Origin: a candidate division WWE3 bacterium RIFOXYC1_FULL_40_10
GTDB lineage: Bacteria; Patescibacteriota; WWE3; UBA101185; UBA10185
Length of the DNA stretch: 64,000 nucleotides
NCBI GenBank assembly: GCA_001773215.1
Contig: MEWB01000001.1
Coordinates: forward strand, 322,473-386,472
Direction of reading: 5' to 3'
How positions within the stretch are numbered: position 1 is the stretch's first letter; each line of letters opens with the position of its first letter. A model generated the notes under the pieces. The model had not been told where the DNA came from and did no database searches. It worked only from the letters and a program-made list of their open reading frames with translations. The translations under genes and the position numbers were made by a program. This document shows, one piece after another, positions 36,479 through 45,297 of the stretch.

Positions 36479-37294
36479 GTGCGACCAAAAGAACATATAG
36501 AACTAATAAAAGGCCGTGCCTATAAATATTTCGACTACGGAGGTGACAAACCAGTGGTAATTTTGTTGCATGGTATGTATGTCACCAAAAGTAATATGGA
36601 AGATATTGCCCAGGATTTATCGACAAAATTTAGGTGTGTGGCACTAGATCTCCCCGGTCACAACAAGGTATCACTCAAAAAGATAACAAAATTTGATGAC
36701 CTGGCTGACTACGTACTCATGTTCATCAAGAAAAAGCAATTTAAAGAAGTATATTTAGTTGGCTACTCCTTAGGAGGGCTAATTTCCTTAAAAATTGCCG
36801 AGAAAGCGGATAATACAAAAATGGTAAAAGGATTAGTTGTTTGGTCGGCACCGATTCTAGGTTTCCAGCACGGACTTACCAGAGTTGCAAAGCTAGCCAT
36901 TCCAATATCAAAAATCATTCCGGAAAAAGTTTACCTAGCAGTTGTAACCAACGATATTCTAAATAAGCTTATAGCCTCGGTTTATAGTAAAGCAGATCTA
37001 TTTATAAAGCCTATGAAGGGCACTCTTTCGGCATTATCGTTAAGGGACGCCGTGAAATTAATTGATATTAGTGTAAACGTTAGCTTCGATTTTCCGAAAA
37101 GTGTCCCTACCCTATTTGTATTCGACAAACGAGATCCCCTAGTAAGCTACAAAAACTATCGGCACTCAAAAGAACATTTTGAGAGCGGGAGTTTGATTGT
37201 GGCTACAATTCATAAATCCGGCCATTTTAGGGATTACGAAGGTTACTCAAGTTTGAGGAAGGAGATTCAAAGGTTCTTGACTGAAAACCTGTAG
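36479..37294 (+). CDS. Alpha/beta hydrolase
   Basis: LLHG, LDLPGH, GYSLGG, DPLV, SGH. Confidence 0.9.
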   Translation: MRPKEHIELIKGRAYKYFDYGGDKPVVILLHGMYVTKSNMEDIAQDLSTKFRCVALDLPGHNKVSLKKITKFDDLADYVLMFIKKKQFKEVYLVGYSLGGLISLKIAEKADNTKMVKGLVVWSAPILGFQHGLTRVAKLAIPISKIIPEKVYLAVVTNDILNKLIASVYSKADLFIKPMKGTLSALSLRDAVKLIDISVNVSFDFPKSVPTLFVFDKRDPLVSYKNYRHSKEHFESGSLIVATIHKSGHFRDYEGYSSLRKEIQRFLTENL

Positions 37295-37295
37295 A

Positions 37296-37389
37296 TGGTG
37301 CCGAGAGAGGGACTTGGTCACCGGTTCTCGCCTGGAGGCGATCCCGTCGACCCCACCTCGCCGCCGTCGCGGCTGCGGCATTCAAGTCC
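37296..37389 (-). repeat. tRNA-linked element: tRNA-Leu 3' 21 nt + 67-bp GC-rich module + inverted T-arm copy
   Basis: TGGTGCCGAGAGAGGGACTTG equals 37406-37426; module shared with 39744-39812. Confidence 0.88.
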
Positions 37390-37405
37390 GTTAAATTTCC
37401 ACTTA

Positions 37406-37491
37406 TGGTGCCGAGAGAGGGACTTGAACCCTCACGTCCGTTAGGACACTGCCACCTGAAGACAGCGCGTCTGCCATTTCGCCATCTCGGC
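37406..37491 (-). tRNA. tRNA-Leu(CAG)
   Basis: CTGTC-TTCAGGT-GGCAG, long variable arm, CCA. Confidence 0.95.
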
Positions 37492-38148
37492 TTACTCTAC
37501 AGCTACTATTTTAACACTAACTATTTTAACCGGGTTTACAGGCTTGGACTTTTCACCCATTGGACCAAAAGCCACCTCGGCTTCAGCTATTTTGTCTACA
37601 GTGTCCATGCCCTCGACAACTTTTCCGAATATAACATAATTCTTGGGTAGAGGGTTATCACGATGCATTATAAAAAACTGACTTCCGTTTGTGTCCGGTC
37701 CGCTATTTGCCATCGCAACAGTTCCTTTAACATATTCCCCTTCAAAAACCTCGTCCTCAAAGGTATATCCCGGACCCCCCGAACCATTTCCCATCGGATC
37801 GCCGCCCTGGATCATAAAATCCCTAATTACTCTATGAAAAATTGTGCCGTTATAAAACCCCTTTTCTGCCAACTTAACAAAATTGTTTGCAGTAATAGGT
37901 GTATCCTTTGCATTTAATAGAATTCTCATGTTGCCTGCCGTGGTTTCTAAATCTGCGTAGTAATTTTTTACATCTTTATTTTCTTCTGGTTGTGGACTCA
38001 TGGTTGTCTCCTGTGAATTTTCTACTTCAGTTATACTACTGGTGGTTTCGCTAACCTGCGTGACGGGTTTGCTTTTGGAATAGTAAACAAGTACCAAGGC
38101 TAATAAAATTGGTGAAATTATAAGGGCCAGCCATATTCTATCTTTCAT
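37492..38148 (-). CDS. Cyclophilin-type peptidyl-prolyl isomerase, membrane anchored
   Basis: FHRVIRDFMIQGGDP, MANSGPDTNGSQFFI. Confidence 0.95.
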   Translation of the reverse strand: MKDRIWLALIISPILLALVLVYYSKSKPVTQVSETTSSITEVENSQETTMSPQPEENKDVKNYYADLETTAGNMRILLNAKDTPITANNFVKLAEKGFYNGTIFHRVIRDFMIQGGDPMGNGSGGPGYTFEDEVFEGEYVKGTVAMANSGPDTNGSQFFIMHRDNPLPKNYVIFGKVVEGMDTVDKIAEAEVAFGPMGEKSKPVNPVKIVSVKIVAVE

Positions 38149-38204
38149 AGGTGTTTATGATATCATATATTTAAATCTGTCTATATAAGTGATATTATAT
38201 AAAT

Positions 38205-38885
38205 ATGGATAAAAAAACAATTTTGATCCCTATAGCGTTGTTAGTTATCTCGTCAGCATTTGTTTATTTCAGCGTACTAAAACCAAAAGACACCCCATGT
38301 ACTCCCGACACTTGTCCGGTTGTACAACAAACAGCAGTAGTTCCTTCAGAGACGTTGGGTGCTACTACCGGCTTGATGGAGTACCAAATCTCAAAAGAGT
38401 CCACAGTCTCATATACTGTTCAAAAAGTATTTGTAAATCAGCCCCTACTTATGGTTACAGGCCAAACAGACCAAATTACAGGTAGCGGTTGGTATAATCC
38501 TGAAACTAAAGAGTATGAGCTAATAGCCAACATTTCTTTGGACACATTAAAATCCGACAACTCTACAAGGGACAGTGATGTAATTAAGTTATTCAATCCA
38601 AGCATCGGCACGGTAAAAGTAGCTAGTAGTGACAACCAAATCAAGCCTGAGTATGCGATAGAGTATAAAGAGAAAGTAAATATTGAGGTCTCAATAAATG
38701 GAATTGCCAAAACAATACCGTTTGATGTCACTGCCCTATTCGATGAAAACACTGTATCTGCAAAAGGCAATGCTACTATTGATATGAAGGATTTTGGAAT
38801 AACACCCCCGTCATTACTTGGAATATACACAGTGGATCCAGTAACTACGATTTCCTTTGATGTTAAGGGTTTCAGAGCTAATTGA
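38205..38885 (+). CDS. YceI family protein
   Basis: STVSY, LKSDNSTRD, IDMKDFGI. Confidence 0.85.
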   Translation: MDKKTILIPIALLVISSAFVYFSVLKPKDTPCTPDTCPVVQQTAVVPSETLGATTGLMEYQISKESTVSYTVQKVFVNQPLLMVTGQTDQITGSGWYNPETKEYELIANISLDTLKSDNSTRDSDVIKLFNPSIGTVKVASSDNQIKPEYAIEYKEKVNIEVSINGIAKTIPFDVTALFDENTVSAKGNATIDMKDFGITPPSLLGIYTVDPVTTISFDVKGFRAN

Positions 38886-39289
38886 TGGCGTCACTAAGTA
38901 TATTACTCATAATTATAGGATTTACTGATGCGTCGTACCTTTTGTACAAATATATCACTAAGTCCCCTATTGCTTGCCCTCTCAAAGGTGACTGTAACGC
39001 TGTTTTAGACAGTGAGTACAGCCGATTGTTAGGCGTAAAAAACGAGGTTTGGGGTTTTCTTTACTACGGTTTTTTGCTATGCGTTATACTTGCTCAAGTA
39101 CTGTTTCCAAGCCTTTTGTTGCCTACACAAAAGGTTATTGTACTTACTAGCGGATTTGGGGTTATCTATTCCACGTATTTGATGTATGTAATGGCCTTTA
39201 AAATTAGTCACTGGTGTGCTTACTGTTTAACCTCAGCTCTAACCACAACGGCTATATTCATAGTTTCACTAATTGCTCTAATTGGTTAA
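38882..39289 (+). CDS. Vitamin K epoxide reductase (VKOR) family
   Basis: CPLKGDCNAVLDSEYS, WCAYC. Confidence 0.92.
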   Translation: MMASLSILLIIIGFTDASYLLYKYITKSPIACPLKGDCNAVLDSEYSRLLGVKNEVWGFLYYGFLLCVILAQVLFPSLLLPTQKVIVLTSGFGVIYSTYLMYVMAFKISHWCAYCLTSALTTTAIFIVSLIALIG

Positions 39290-39332
39290 ATTGTGGTAAA
39301 TTAACGATAATTCTGCCTAAAAGGAGTGGAGA

Positions 39333-39668
39333 GTGGCTATTTTACCTAACGAGATTTCCCTTGAACCAAGAGATTCGTGTGAACATGCATTTGGAGGTTT
39401 CTTCGGAAAGTTCGAAATGGATTGGGTTGCGCAGTTTATCGTTACCTTGTGTACCAAGAGTAACACTTGGCGTAAGTTTACACTAAGTGAAGTTCTTTCC
39501 GTTGGCCGGCAGTCGACCCCTCGGATTGACGACGATTACATTATCGAGGGTGTCAGGTTGTTGTGGTACTACGGCTGGATAGAGCTTGTCGACGTCCTGG
39601 AGTTCGAAGCGAAGGATATCTTCATTACGCGGTGTGTGGAAAAAACAAAGGAATACAGCTCAAAGTAG
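39333..39668 (+). CDS. Hypothetical protein
   Basis: AAAGGAG SD, GTG start, terminator downstream. Confidence 0.65.
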   Translation: MAILPNEISLEPRDSCEHAFGGFFGKFEMDWVAQFIVTLCTKSNTWRKFTLSEVLSVGRQSTPRIDDDYIIEGVRLLWYYGWIELVDVLEFEAKDIFITRCVEKTKEYSSK

Positions 39669-39682
39669 CTAATATATCTCAC

Positions 39683-39717
39683 AGACAAGTGCCGTAAAAA
39701 GTACTTGTCTTTTTTTT
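39683..39717 (+). terminator. Intrinsic terminator
   Basis: AGACAAGT/ACTTGTCT plus T-tract. Confidence 0.75.
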
Positions 39718-39722
39718 GGTGA

Positions 39723-39821
39723 TGGTGAGGACGGTGGGATTCGGTCACCGGTTCTCGCCTGCTGGCTCGCCCGTCGACCCCGCCTCCTTCGCCTTCGCCC
39801 AGTCCGGCATTCTCACCCACC
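39723..39821 (-). repeat. tRNA-linked element: tRNA-Lys 3' 21 nt + GC-rich module
   Basis: TGGTGAGGACGGTGGGATTCG equals 44712-44732; module aligns to 37317-37383. Confidence 0.88.
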
Positions 39822-39983
39822 TCTTCTGCCAGTTGGTGTATCTGTTTGCCTGGTGGGATAACATTACGTTCCCCGAAGTGAATTATACAACAAAGTACCC
39901 TTTAACCCTTACCTACGAGGATATAGACAGTGCAATGGTCAGAATTGGAAGTAGAGTCTATGTGTAGGCTGTATAATAACTTT

Positions 39984-40247
39984 ATGCAGGGTATACAGAC
40001 AAAAGACGCACAAGAGTTTGACCCCAATGTGTTGGAGGAAATTGTAGTAGTAGATTATTCGGAACCGGATGTAATTAAGTCCATATACTCACCAACGCTA
40101 TTTCCGCACCTTAAATTGACTACCAATGCCGTTAGCAGAGACATTGAAGTTGTTGTTGTATCAACGGAAAACGAAGATAAGCAATTACTCCACAAACTTC
40201 TGACGGAAACAAGAACGGCTCGTAATTATGTTTTGAATAAGTGCTGA
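39984..40247 (+). CDS. Small hypothetical protein at island left end
   Basis: TATAAT at 39972, ATG 39984; alternative ATG 39960. Confidence 0.5.
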   Translation: MQGIQTKDAQEFDPNVLEEIVVVDYSEPDVIKSIYSPTLFPHLKLTTNAVSRDIEVVVVSTENEDKQLLHKLLTETRTARNYVLNKC

Positions 40248-40250
40248 AAA

Positions 40251-40380
40251 TCCACGATTTTCCATTATTCTCCATTAAAGTTACCTGTATTCGCGACCTA
40301 CTTAAAACCCAGTATTTCCACCATATTCCACCATTTTGTTTTCCACCAAAGTCCACCAAAGTTGCCACCATTAGCCATCA
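40251..40380. repeat. Phased CCACCA/TCCA short direct repeats
   Basis: CCACCA at 40318, 40328, 40343, 40353, 40365, CCATCA 40375; TCCA at 40251, 40261, 40271. Confidence 0.7.
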
Positions 40381-40423
40381 TTTTGTATTTAAGTATTTTT
40401 TTGCAAGTATTAGTCTTTTGAAG

Positions 40424-40810
40424 TTAAATATGTTCTTGTTCTTTGACGGTGTTTTCGGTTTCAACATTACCTGTGTTTAAGGTTGTTCGTGGCTCAATAA
40501 GCACGATTTGGACTTCCTCCGGTGCTTCCGGTTTATGTTCAACTAATTTTGGTATGATTACGAATTCCCCTTCATTTACCTCCACCGTTCTATCTCTAAA
40601 ATGTATCAGTAACTTTCCAGTTATAACCCAAAACAGTTCTTCCTCTTTTTCGTGGTGGTGCCAATGAAACTCTCCTTTTAGTTTTACAACTTGAACTTTG
40701 TCGTCATTTAGTTCACCCACTATCTTTGGATTCCAGTGTTCGGTAAATTTGTTAAGTTTTTCTTTTATGTTTACAACTTTTACGTTTTTGGAGTTACTTA
40801 TAGGTTCCAT
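40424..40810 (-). CDS. Cupin domain protein
   Basis: GEFHWHHHEKEEELF, IPKLVEHKP. Confidence 0.92.
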   Translation of the reverse strand: MEPISNSKNVKVVNIKEKLNKFTEHWNPKIVGELNDDKVQVVKLKGEFHWHHHEKEEELFWVITGKLLIHFRDRTVEVNEGEFVIIPKLVEHKPEAPEEVQIVLIEPRTTLNTGNVETENTVKEQEHI

Positions 40811-40835
40811 AGTAAGGTTATTATAGAATATCTAT

Positions 40836-41228
40836 ATGTCTTTTGAAATAACTGGAATACATCATATTGAATTTACAGTTACCGACTTGGAACAATCTAA
40901 AAGATTTTATTCCAAATTTCCGGGATTTAAGGTAGTTGCGGAGTATCCAAATTTCGTAATGTTTCAAGCAAACGAGTTTTATTTAGGGTTGACCGACCAT
41001 AAAGGTTGTGTTACAAACGACAAATTTAGTGAATTTAACGTGGGTTTAGACCATTTAGCATTTGGGGTTAGTTCTTTGGAAGATTTACGTGAGGTAGCAA
41101 GTTTTTTAGATTCTCAAAAAATCCCTCATTCGGAGATAAATGTACTTTCAAATGGCACCCACATTTTTACTTTTCGGGACCCGGACAATATACAGTTGGA
41201 ATTTGCTTATAAGCCCGGAATATTTTAA
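40836..41228 (+). CDS. VOC/glyoxalase family protein
   Basis: IHHIEFTVTDL, GLDHLAF, FRDPDNIQLE. Confidence 0.92.
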   Translation: MSFEITGIHHIEFTVTDLEQSKRFYSKFPGFKVVAEYPNFVMFQANEFYLGLTDHKGCVTNDKFSEFNVGLDHLAFGVSSLEDLREVASFLDSQKIPHSEINVLSNGTHIFTFRDPDNIQLEFAYKPGIF

Positions 41229-41278
41229 GACTTACCACCTACTATTGATTGTACAAAAAATGTTAGGTTTTATCAGGT

Positions 41279-41650
41279 TCAGATGCTGCTTTTTAGTAAC
41301 TCGTGAAGCCATTTGAATAGTCTGCTAGGTAGTTGGTCAAGACTATCTACAATGAGTTTAACTTTGTCAGTCTCACCCATTTTTTCCAACTGTTCTGCCT
41401 CGCGTTGAAGCACCTCTTTTAATACATTAAAGGCTCCGTGGATAAGGTTTGCCCGTGTTTCGTGCTGTTTTTCTTTGTGGTAAAGCCAAACTGCTGTCAA
41501 TATAAGCAATACGCCCAGTCCGTTGTTAACAAAGTATTGCCAGTTGTCCGGTGCAGTCTTTAATGAGGTTGACGCAATAACTATGTTACCTCCAACTGCA
41601 CAGGCAAGTTCTAACACATTACTAATTTTTATGTTCATGGGTATGTTCAT
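41279..41650 (-). CDS. Hypothetical membrane protein
   Basis: Two hydrophobic segments, 123 aa. Confidence 0.55.
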   Translation of the reverse strand: MNIPMNIKISNVLELACAVGGNIVIASTSLKTAPDNWQYFVNNGLGVLLILTAVWLYHKEKQHETRANLIHGAFNVLKEVLQREAEQLEKMGETDKVKLIVDSLDQLPSRLFKWLHELLKSSI

Positions 41651-41712
41651 CTACTGCATTATACCGCAATAAGTTACCGCAGGTAGGGTATTACTTACAA
41701 AAAGGGGAAAGG

Positions 41713-42090
41713 TTATTTATCGCCAAAAAACTGTAAGATGTTCCCTTCCGGGTCTGCAATAGTCATACACCAAAAACCGCCGGGAGGACCTTCAAAAGGC
41801 TCTGCAATAATATTTACGTCCTTGTCTTTAAGTTCGTTGTAAATACCACTGACACTATCAACATTGAGATTTATCATGATTCTGTAAGGGTCCTTGCTTT
41901 TCCCGTGTACTTTATCGTGTTTGCCTACATAAAAGTATGAAGGCTCAAATTTGAAATCCACACCAGTATCATCTGGTAAAGTAAGCCTTTGTGAAACAGT
42001 AAAACCAAGAACGTCTTCGTACCACTTTGCCAGTTTTTCGTAATCATCTGACCAAATACAAACAGAAATAATATTGTCTTTGAGTTTCAT
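41713..42090 (-). CDS. VOC/glyoxalase family protein
   Basis: WYEDVLG, IADPEGNILQF. Confidence 0.9.
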   Translation of the reverse strand: MKLKDNIISVCIWSDDYEKLAKWYEDVLGFTVSQRLTLPDDTGVDFKFEPSYFYVGKHDKVHGKSKDPYRIMINLNVDSVSGIYNELKDKDVNIIAEPFEGPPGGFWCMTIADPEGNILQFFGDK

Positions 42091-42252
42091 ATAGTAATAT
42101 TATACGAGAATGTAAGTTTCTTGCATAGACTTAACAATCAGGTCAGTGTATTCTAACCCGACTACAGTGTGGAAGGAAAGGTTGTTTATCTTGCGGAGCG
42201 TACCGGACTTTTTTGTTTCAATACAACTTACGATATATTATAATCATCTTAT

Positions 42253-42462
42253 ATGGGCATAAAATTTGGCGAAATAGATGCAACTCAAATTCTTGATAAC
42301 GAGTTTCGTGTTAAATTCACAGCGTTTCTTGTTGAATGGCTATTTGATAACAATCCCCAATTAAAAAAACCCACACCCGAGGAAATTAAAGCATTACAAG
42401 AAGCCGTCATTAAGGAACTCCAAAAAAAGTATCCAAATTCTGGGATTAAACTTCAACAATGA
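42253..42462 (+). CDS. Small hypothetical protein
   Basis: TATAAT upstream; ATGA coupling to next ORF. Confidence 0.7.
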   Translation: MGIKFGEIDATQILDNEFRVKFTAFLVEWLFDNNPQLKKPTPEEIKALQEAVIKELQKKYPNSGIKLQQ

Positions 42463-42827
42463 AACCAAATGAATCCAATGAACAACAAGAAAAAGTGAAA
42501 GGTATACTTGCTTCTGCAAAACGTGCTGAATTGTTAGATAGAGGGGTTACTGTTGAACACCGCACGGATTGGGAAAAGATTGGGCAACGGATTGGAATTA
42601 TTGTTTCGGTCATTACTATTTTAAGTTTTATATTTTCCTGTATGGTTTTTCTGTATACAATCCAAAAGGATATGCGTGATTATTACGACCAGCAACTCAA
42701 CCGTGTTATAGATTTAACAAACCGACAAACAAAAATGGAAACTCAAATAGAAACGCTACAAAAACAAATAACCAACGATTGTATAATTACACAGCCGAGT
42801 CAACCAAACCAGCCTCAAAGCAAATGA
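42459..42827 (+). CDS. Single-TM coiled-coil hypothetical protein
   Basis: One TM then Gln-rich coil. Confidence 0.65.
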   Translation: MKPNESNEQQEKVKGILASAKRAELLDRGVTVEHRTDWEKIGQRIGIIVSVITILSFIFSCMVFLYTIQKDMRDYYDQQLNRVIDLTNRQTKMETQIETLQKQITNDCIITQPSQPNQPQSK

Positions 42828-42908
42828 CACCGCATAAGCCGTAACCGAGTTTAAGTCTACTGTATCTAAACATCCCCGCCACTTCGTAGTAACATACTCT
42901 TATATCGT

Positions 42909-44717
42909 ATGCCGACATTAAACTCACAAGACAAACCAGTTAAAGTAGCCTATTACCTACGAGTAAGCACGGATGACCAGATTGACCGTTATGGTATTGC
43001 ACTTCAAAAAAGGTCATTGGATGCCATTGTAGCCTCTCGTGGGACTCTTGAAGATGGAAAGACGAACGCATTACAACTCGCCGGAGAACAATACATCTAC
43101 AAAGATGAAGGTGTCAGTGGAACCATACCACTGGAAGACAGACCGGCTTTTGCGAGACTTCAAGAAGATGTTGTAAATGCACCGGACGGAGAAAAACCGT
43201 TTGATATTGTTGCCGTTTACAAAATTGACCGTTTTGCCCGAAAATTAAAGATTTTACTTGACGTCATTGAGTTCTTTGAGAAATACGGGATTAAGTTCAT
43301 ATCCGTACATGAGAGTATTGACACTTCAACTCCATTTGGGAGGGCGATTTTAGGGATTGTTGGTGTGTTGTCAGAACTTGAAATGGAAACGATAGCAATG
43401 CGAACCAGAGCCGGCAAAGAGGAAGCGATTGCAAAAGGTGTTTTCATGGGGAAAGTACCTCCATACGGCTATATCAAAGATACTGAACGAAGGCTTAAAG
43501 TGCTACCAAAAGAGGCAGAAATTGTGAACGTGATATTTGAAAAGTTTGTGGTTGAAAGGTTGCCGTTACAGGCTATATGCCGGTATTTAGAAGATAACAA
43601 GATTGAATCACCCGGAGTAACAGCAGTAACCAATCAAAAGCGTAAAGGCGGTATATCAAAGAAAAGCAACCCGTTCTTTTGGGCGACACCAATGATAAAA
43701 AACATACTTGGAGATGAAATCTATCTTGGAAAATACTACTACAACAAGACAAAGGGTAGAAAACATTTACCGAAAGCGGAGTGGAAATTGTCTGTATACA
43801 GATACGAGGCGATAGTTGATACCATCACCTTTGCGAAAACTCAAACACTGCTTGAAAACAGAAAGATATTCAATGTGGTGAGACATGACGACAAGCATAT
43901 TTACCTTTTAAGCGGTTTACTGAAATGTGCCTGTTGTTACAACCCGGAAAGAGACAAAAACGAAGGTATGCAAACATTGCATGGTGAACCAAAAGAAATC
44001 CACAAAGGTAGCCAGCACTATACTTACTACTACAAATGCAGAAGGAAAACTACTGCAAAAACCTCAATCAGATGCGGTTCGCTTCCCTTACCGGCTGAAC
44101 AAATTGAGAAATATGTTATTGAGAGACTCCGGGAACTTCTCACTGACCCAAAAGCAGTGTTTAATTATCAACTAAAATTAAGGTCAACAGAACAGGAACT
44201 TAAAAGGCTAAATACGGATTATGATATGATTCGCCGATTAAAAAATGGTCTACCACAAAGAAAATCAAACCTAAAAGAACAGCAAGAATACAGCTATATT
44301 ACCTCAAAAGAACTTACCGAGAAACTCAATGCACTTGATTCACAAGAAAAAGAGTATGACGGGAAACTGGCAGAGTGGGAAGCAAAAATATCAGAAACTA
44401 AACTAGACGAAGGTTACATCAAGAGTTTTGAAATCTTTGAAAAACAATACAAGAAGGCTTTGGAAGACATAAATAGCAACAGAGAAACATTACAACAATT
44501 ACTTCGGATGATAGTTGACAAGATAGTTGTTCACTCCCGACCAGTTAAGGAAGGAGACATTATAGCCGGAAGAAAAACCGGAGACCAACAGGTGCCGTAT
44601 AAAATAGAAATGAAACTACATTTGCCACAAGAGTATCTCAAACTTTTAGAAGCAAAAGCCAACGAAGCATGGGTCAACAGACCGGAGGAGTTCGGGGATA
44701 AAAATGTTAACTGGTGA
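42909..44717 (+). CDS. Large serine recombinase (integrase)
   Basis: YLRVSTDDQ, DEGVSG, YKIDRFAR, PYGY, YLGK, LSGLLKCACC, YYKC zinc ribbon, coiled coil. Confidence 0.95.
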   Translation: MPTLNSQDKPVKVAYYLRVSTDDQIDRYGIALQKRSLDAIVASRGTLEDGKTNALQLAGEQYIYKDEGVSGTIPLEDRPAFARLQEDVVNAPDGEKPFDIVAVYKIDRFARKLKILLDVIEFFEKYGIKFISVHESIDTSTPFGRAILGIVGVLSELEMETIAMRTRAGKEEAIAKGVFMGKVPPYGYIKDTERRLKVLPKEAEIVNVIFEKFVVERLPLQAICRYLEDNKIESPGVTAVTNQKRKGGISKKSNPFFWATPMIKNILGDEIYLGKYYYNKTKGRKHLPKAEWKLSVYRYEAIVDTITFAKTQTLLENRKIFNVVRHDDKHIYLLSGLLKCACCYNPERDKNEGMQTLHGEPKEIHKGSQHYTYYYKCRRKTTAKTSIRCGSLPLPAEQIEKYVIERLRELLTDPKAVFNYQLKLRSTEQELKRLNTDYDMIRRLKNGLPQRKSNLKEQQEYSYITSKELTEKLNALDSQEKEYDGKLAEWEAKISETKLDEGYIKSFEIFEKQYKKALEDINSNRETLQQLLRMIVDKIVVHSRPVKEGDIIAGRKTGDQQVPYKIEMKLHLPQEYLKLLEAKANEAWVNRPEEFGDKNVNW

Positions 44718-44786
44718 GGACGGTGGGATTCGAACCCACGACCAAGGGATTAAGAGTCCCCTGCTCTACCACTGAGCTACGTCCCC
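44712..44786 (-). tRNA. tRNA-Lys(CTT)
   Basis: GGGGA-CTCTTAA-TCCCT, GGTTCGAATCC, CCA. Confidence 0.95.
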
Positions 44787-44901
44787 GCAGCAACAAGAGT
44801 ATTTTAGCAGAATTATTGCATTTTTACTCTATATTGTTGAGGAAGTCTTAAAACTATGAGATAATGGCCCGAGATTTTCTAGCACAGGTATAGGAGAGAA
44901 A

Positions 44902-45297
44902 ATGAACTATATAATAACTCATGCATGGAAAACTCTTCCGAGTAAACTCTTAGTGAAGTTTGAATTTATGTTAAGTGATTCCGTTCATTTCATGTCAGCA
45001 GAAAGCGTTAAGAATATGCTTAGCCAAGTACCGATGTGCGTGTTTGAGCATATTCCATACGAGATAACAGGTAAGAGCCCTTATGAATTGACAGTGCGGT
45101 TTATAGATTTTCTTACAAGGATAGAAATTAACTGCCCGCCATCATGTTTTAACGGCATGCCAGCTTTACCTGTTTTTATTCTCTGTTACCTGGAATTGTA
45201 TAAAAGCAGTTACGTTTACCCAGTGGGTATGAATAATTGGTTGTGTGATATGAAAAGTGCCGGGTACTTGGCAGAAAATGGAGTGAAAAATGGCTAG
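44902..45297 (+). CDS. Hypothetical protein, paralog of next ORF
   Basis: AGGAG SD; C-terminal YPVG...GYL. Confidence 0.65.
   Translation: MNYIITHAWKTLPSKLLVKFEFMLSDSVHFMSAESVKNMLSQVPMCVFEHIPYEITGKSPYELTVRFIDFLTRIEINCPPSCFNGMPALPVFILCYLELYKSSYVYPVGMNNWLCDMKSAGYLAENGVKNG

Larger units (their letters stand above)
39850..44716. mobile_element. 4.86-kb island integrated at the tRNA-Lys 3' end by a large serine recombinase
   Basis: CTGGTG core at 39850-39855 and 44711-44716; joined arms form a dyad; integrase abuts the tRNA. Confidence 0.85.

Noticed and set aside
36141-36525. Short ORFs over the Gly/Cys/Leu tRNAs, also 37405-37650
   Set aside because: Antisense shadows of tRNA genes.
39569-39849. 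ORFs 39569-39820(-) and the 5' part of 39716-39967(+)
   Set aside because: They read through a terminator and the GC-rich tRNA-linked element; only the part from 39851 is treated as meaningful.
40251-40380. CRISPR array
   Set aside because: Units are 6 bp with 4-9 bp gaps; no long repeats or cas genes anywhere in the window.
44712-44720. TGA read as Gly (code 25), extending the integrase into the tRNA
   Set aside because: Long genes have no internal TGA and several end in TGA with ATGA coupling, so code 11 fits.
39723-44732. The 21-bp tRNA-Lys repeat as the island att core
   Set aside because: The same repeat-plus-module sits beside tRNA-Leu with no island, and only the CTGGTG junction rebuilds a symmetric attP.
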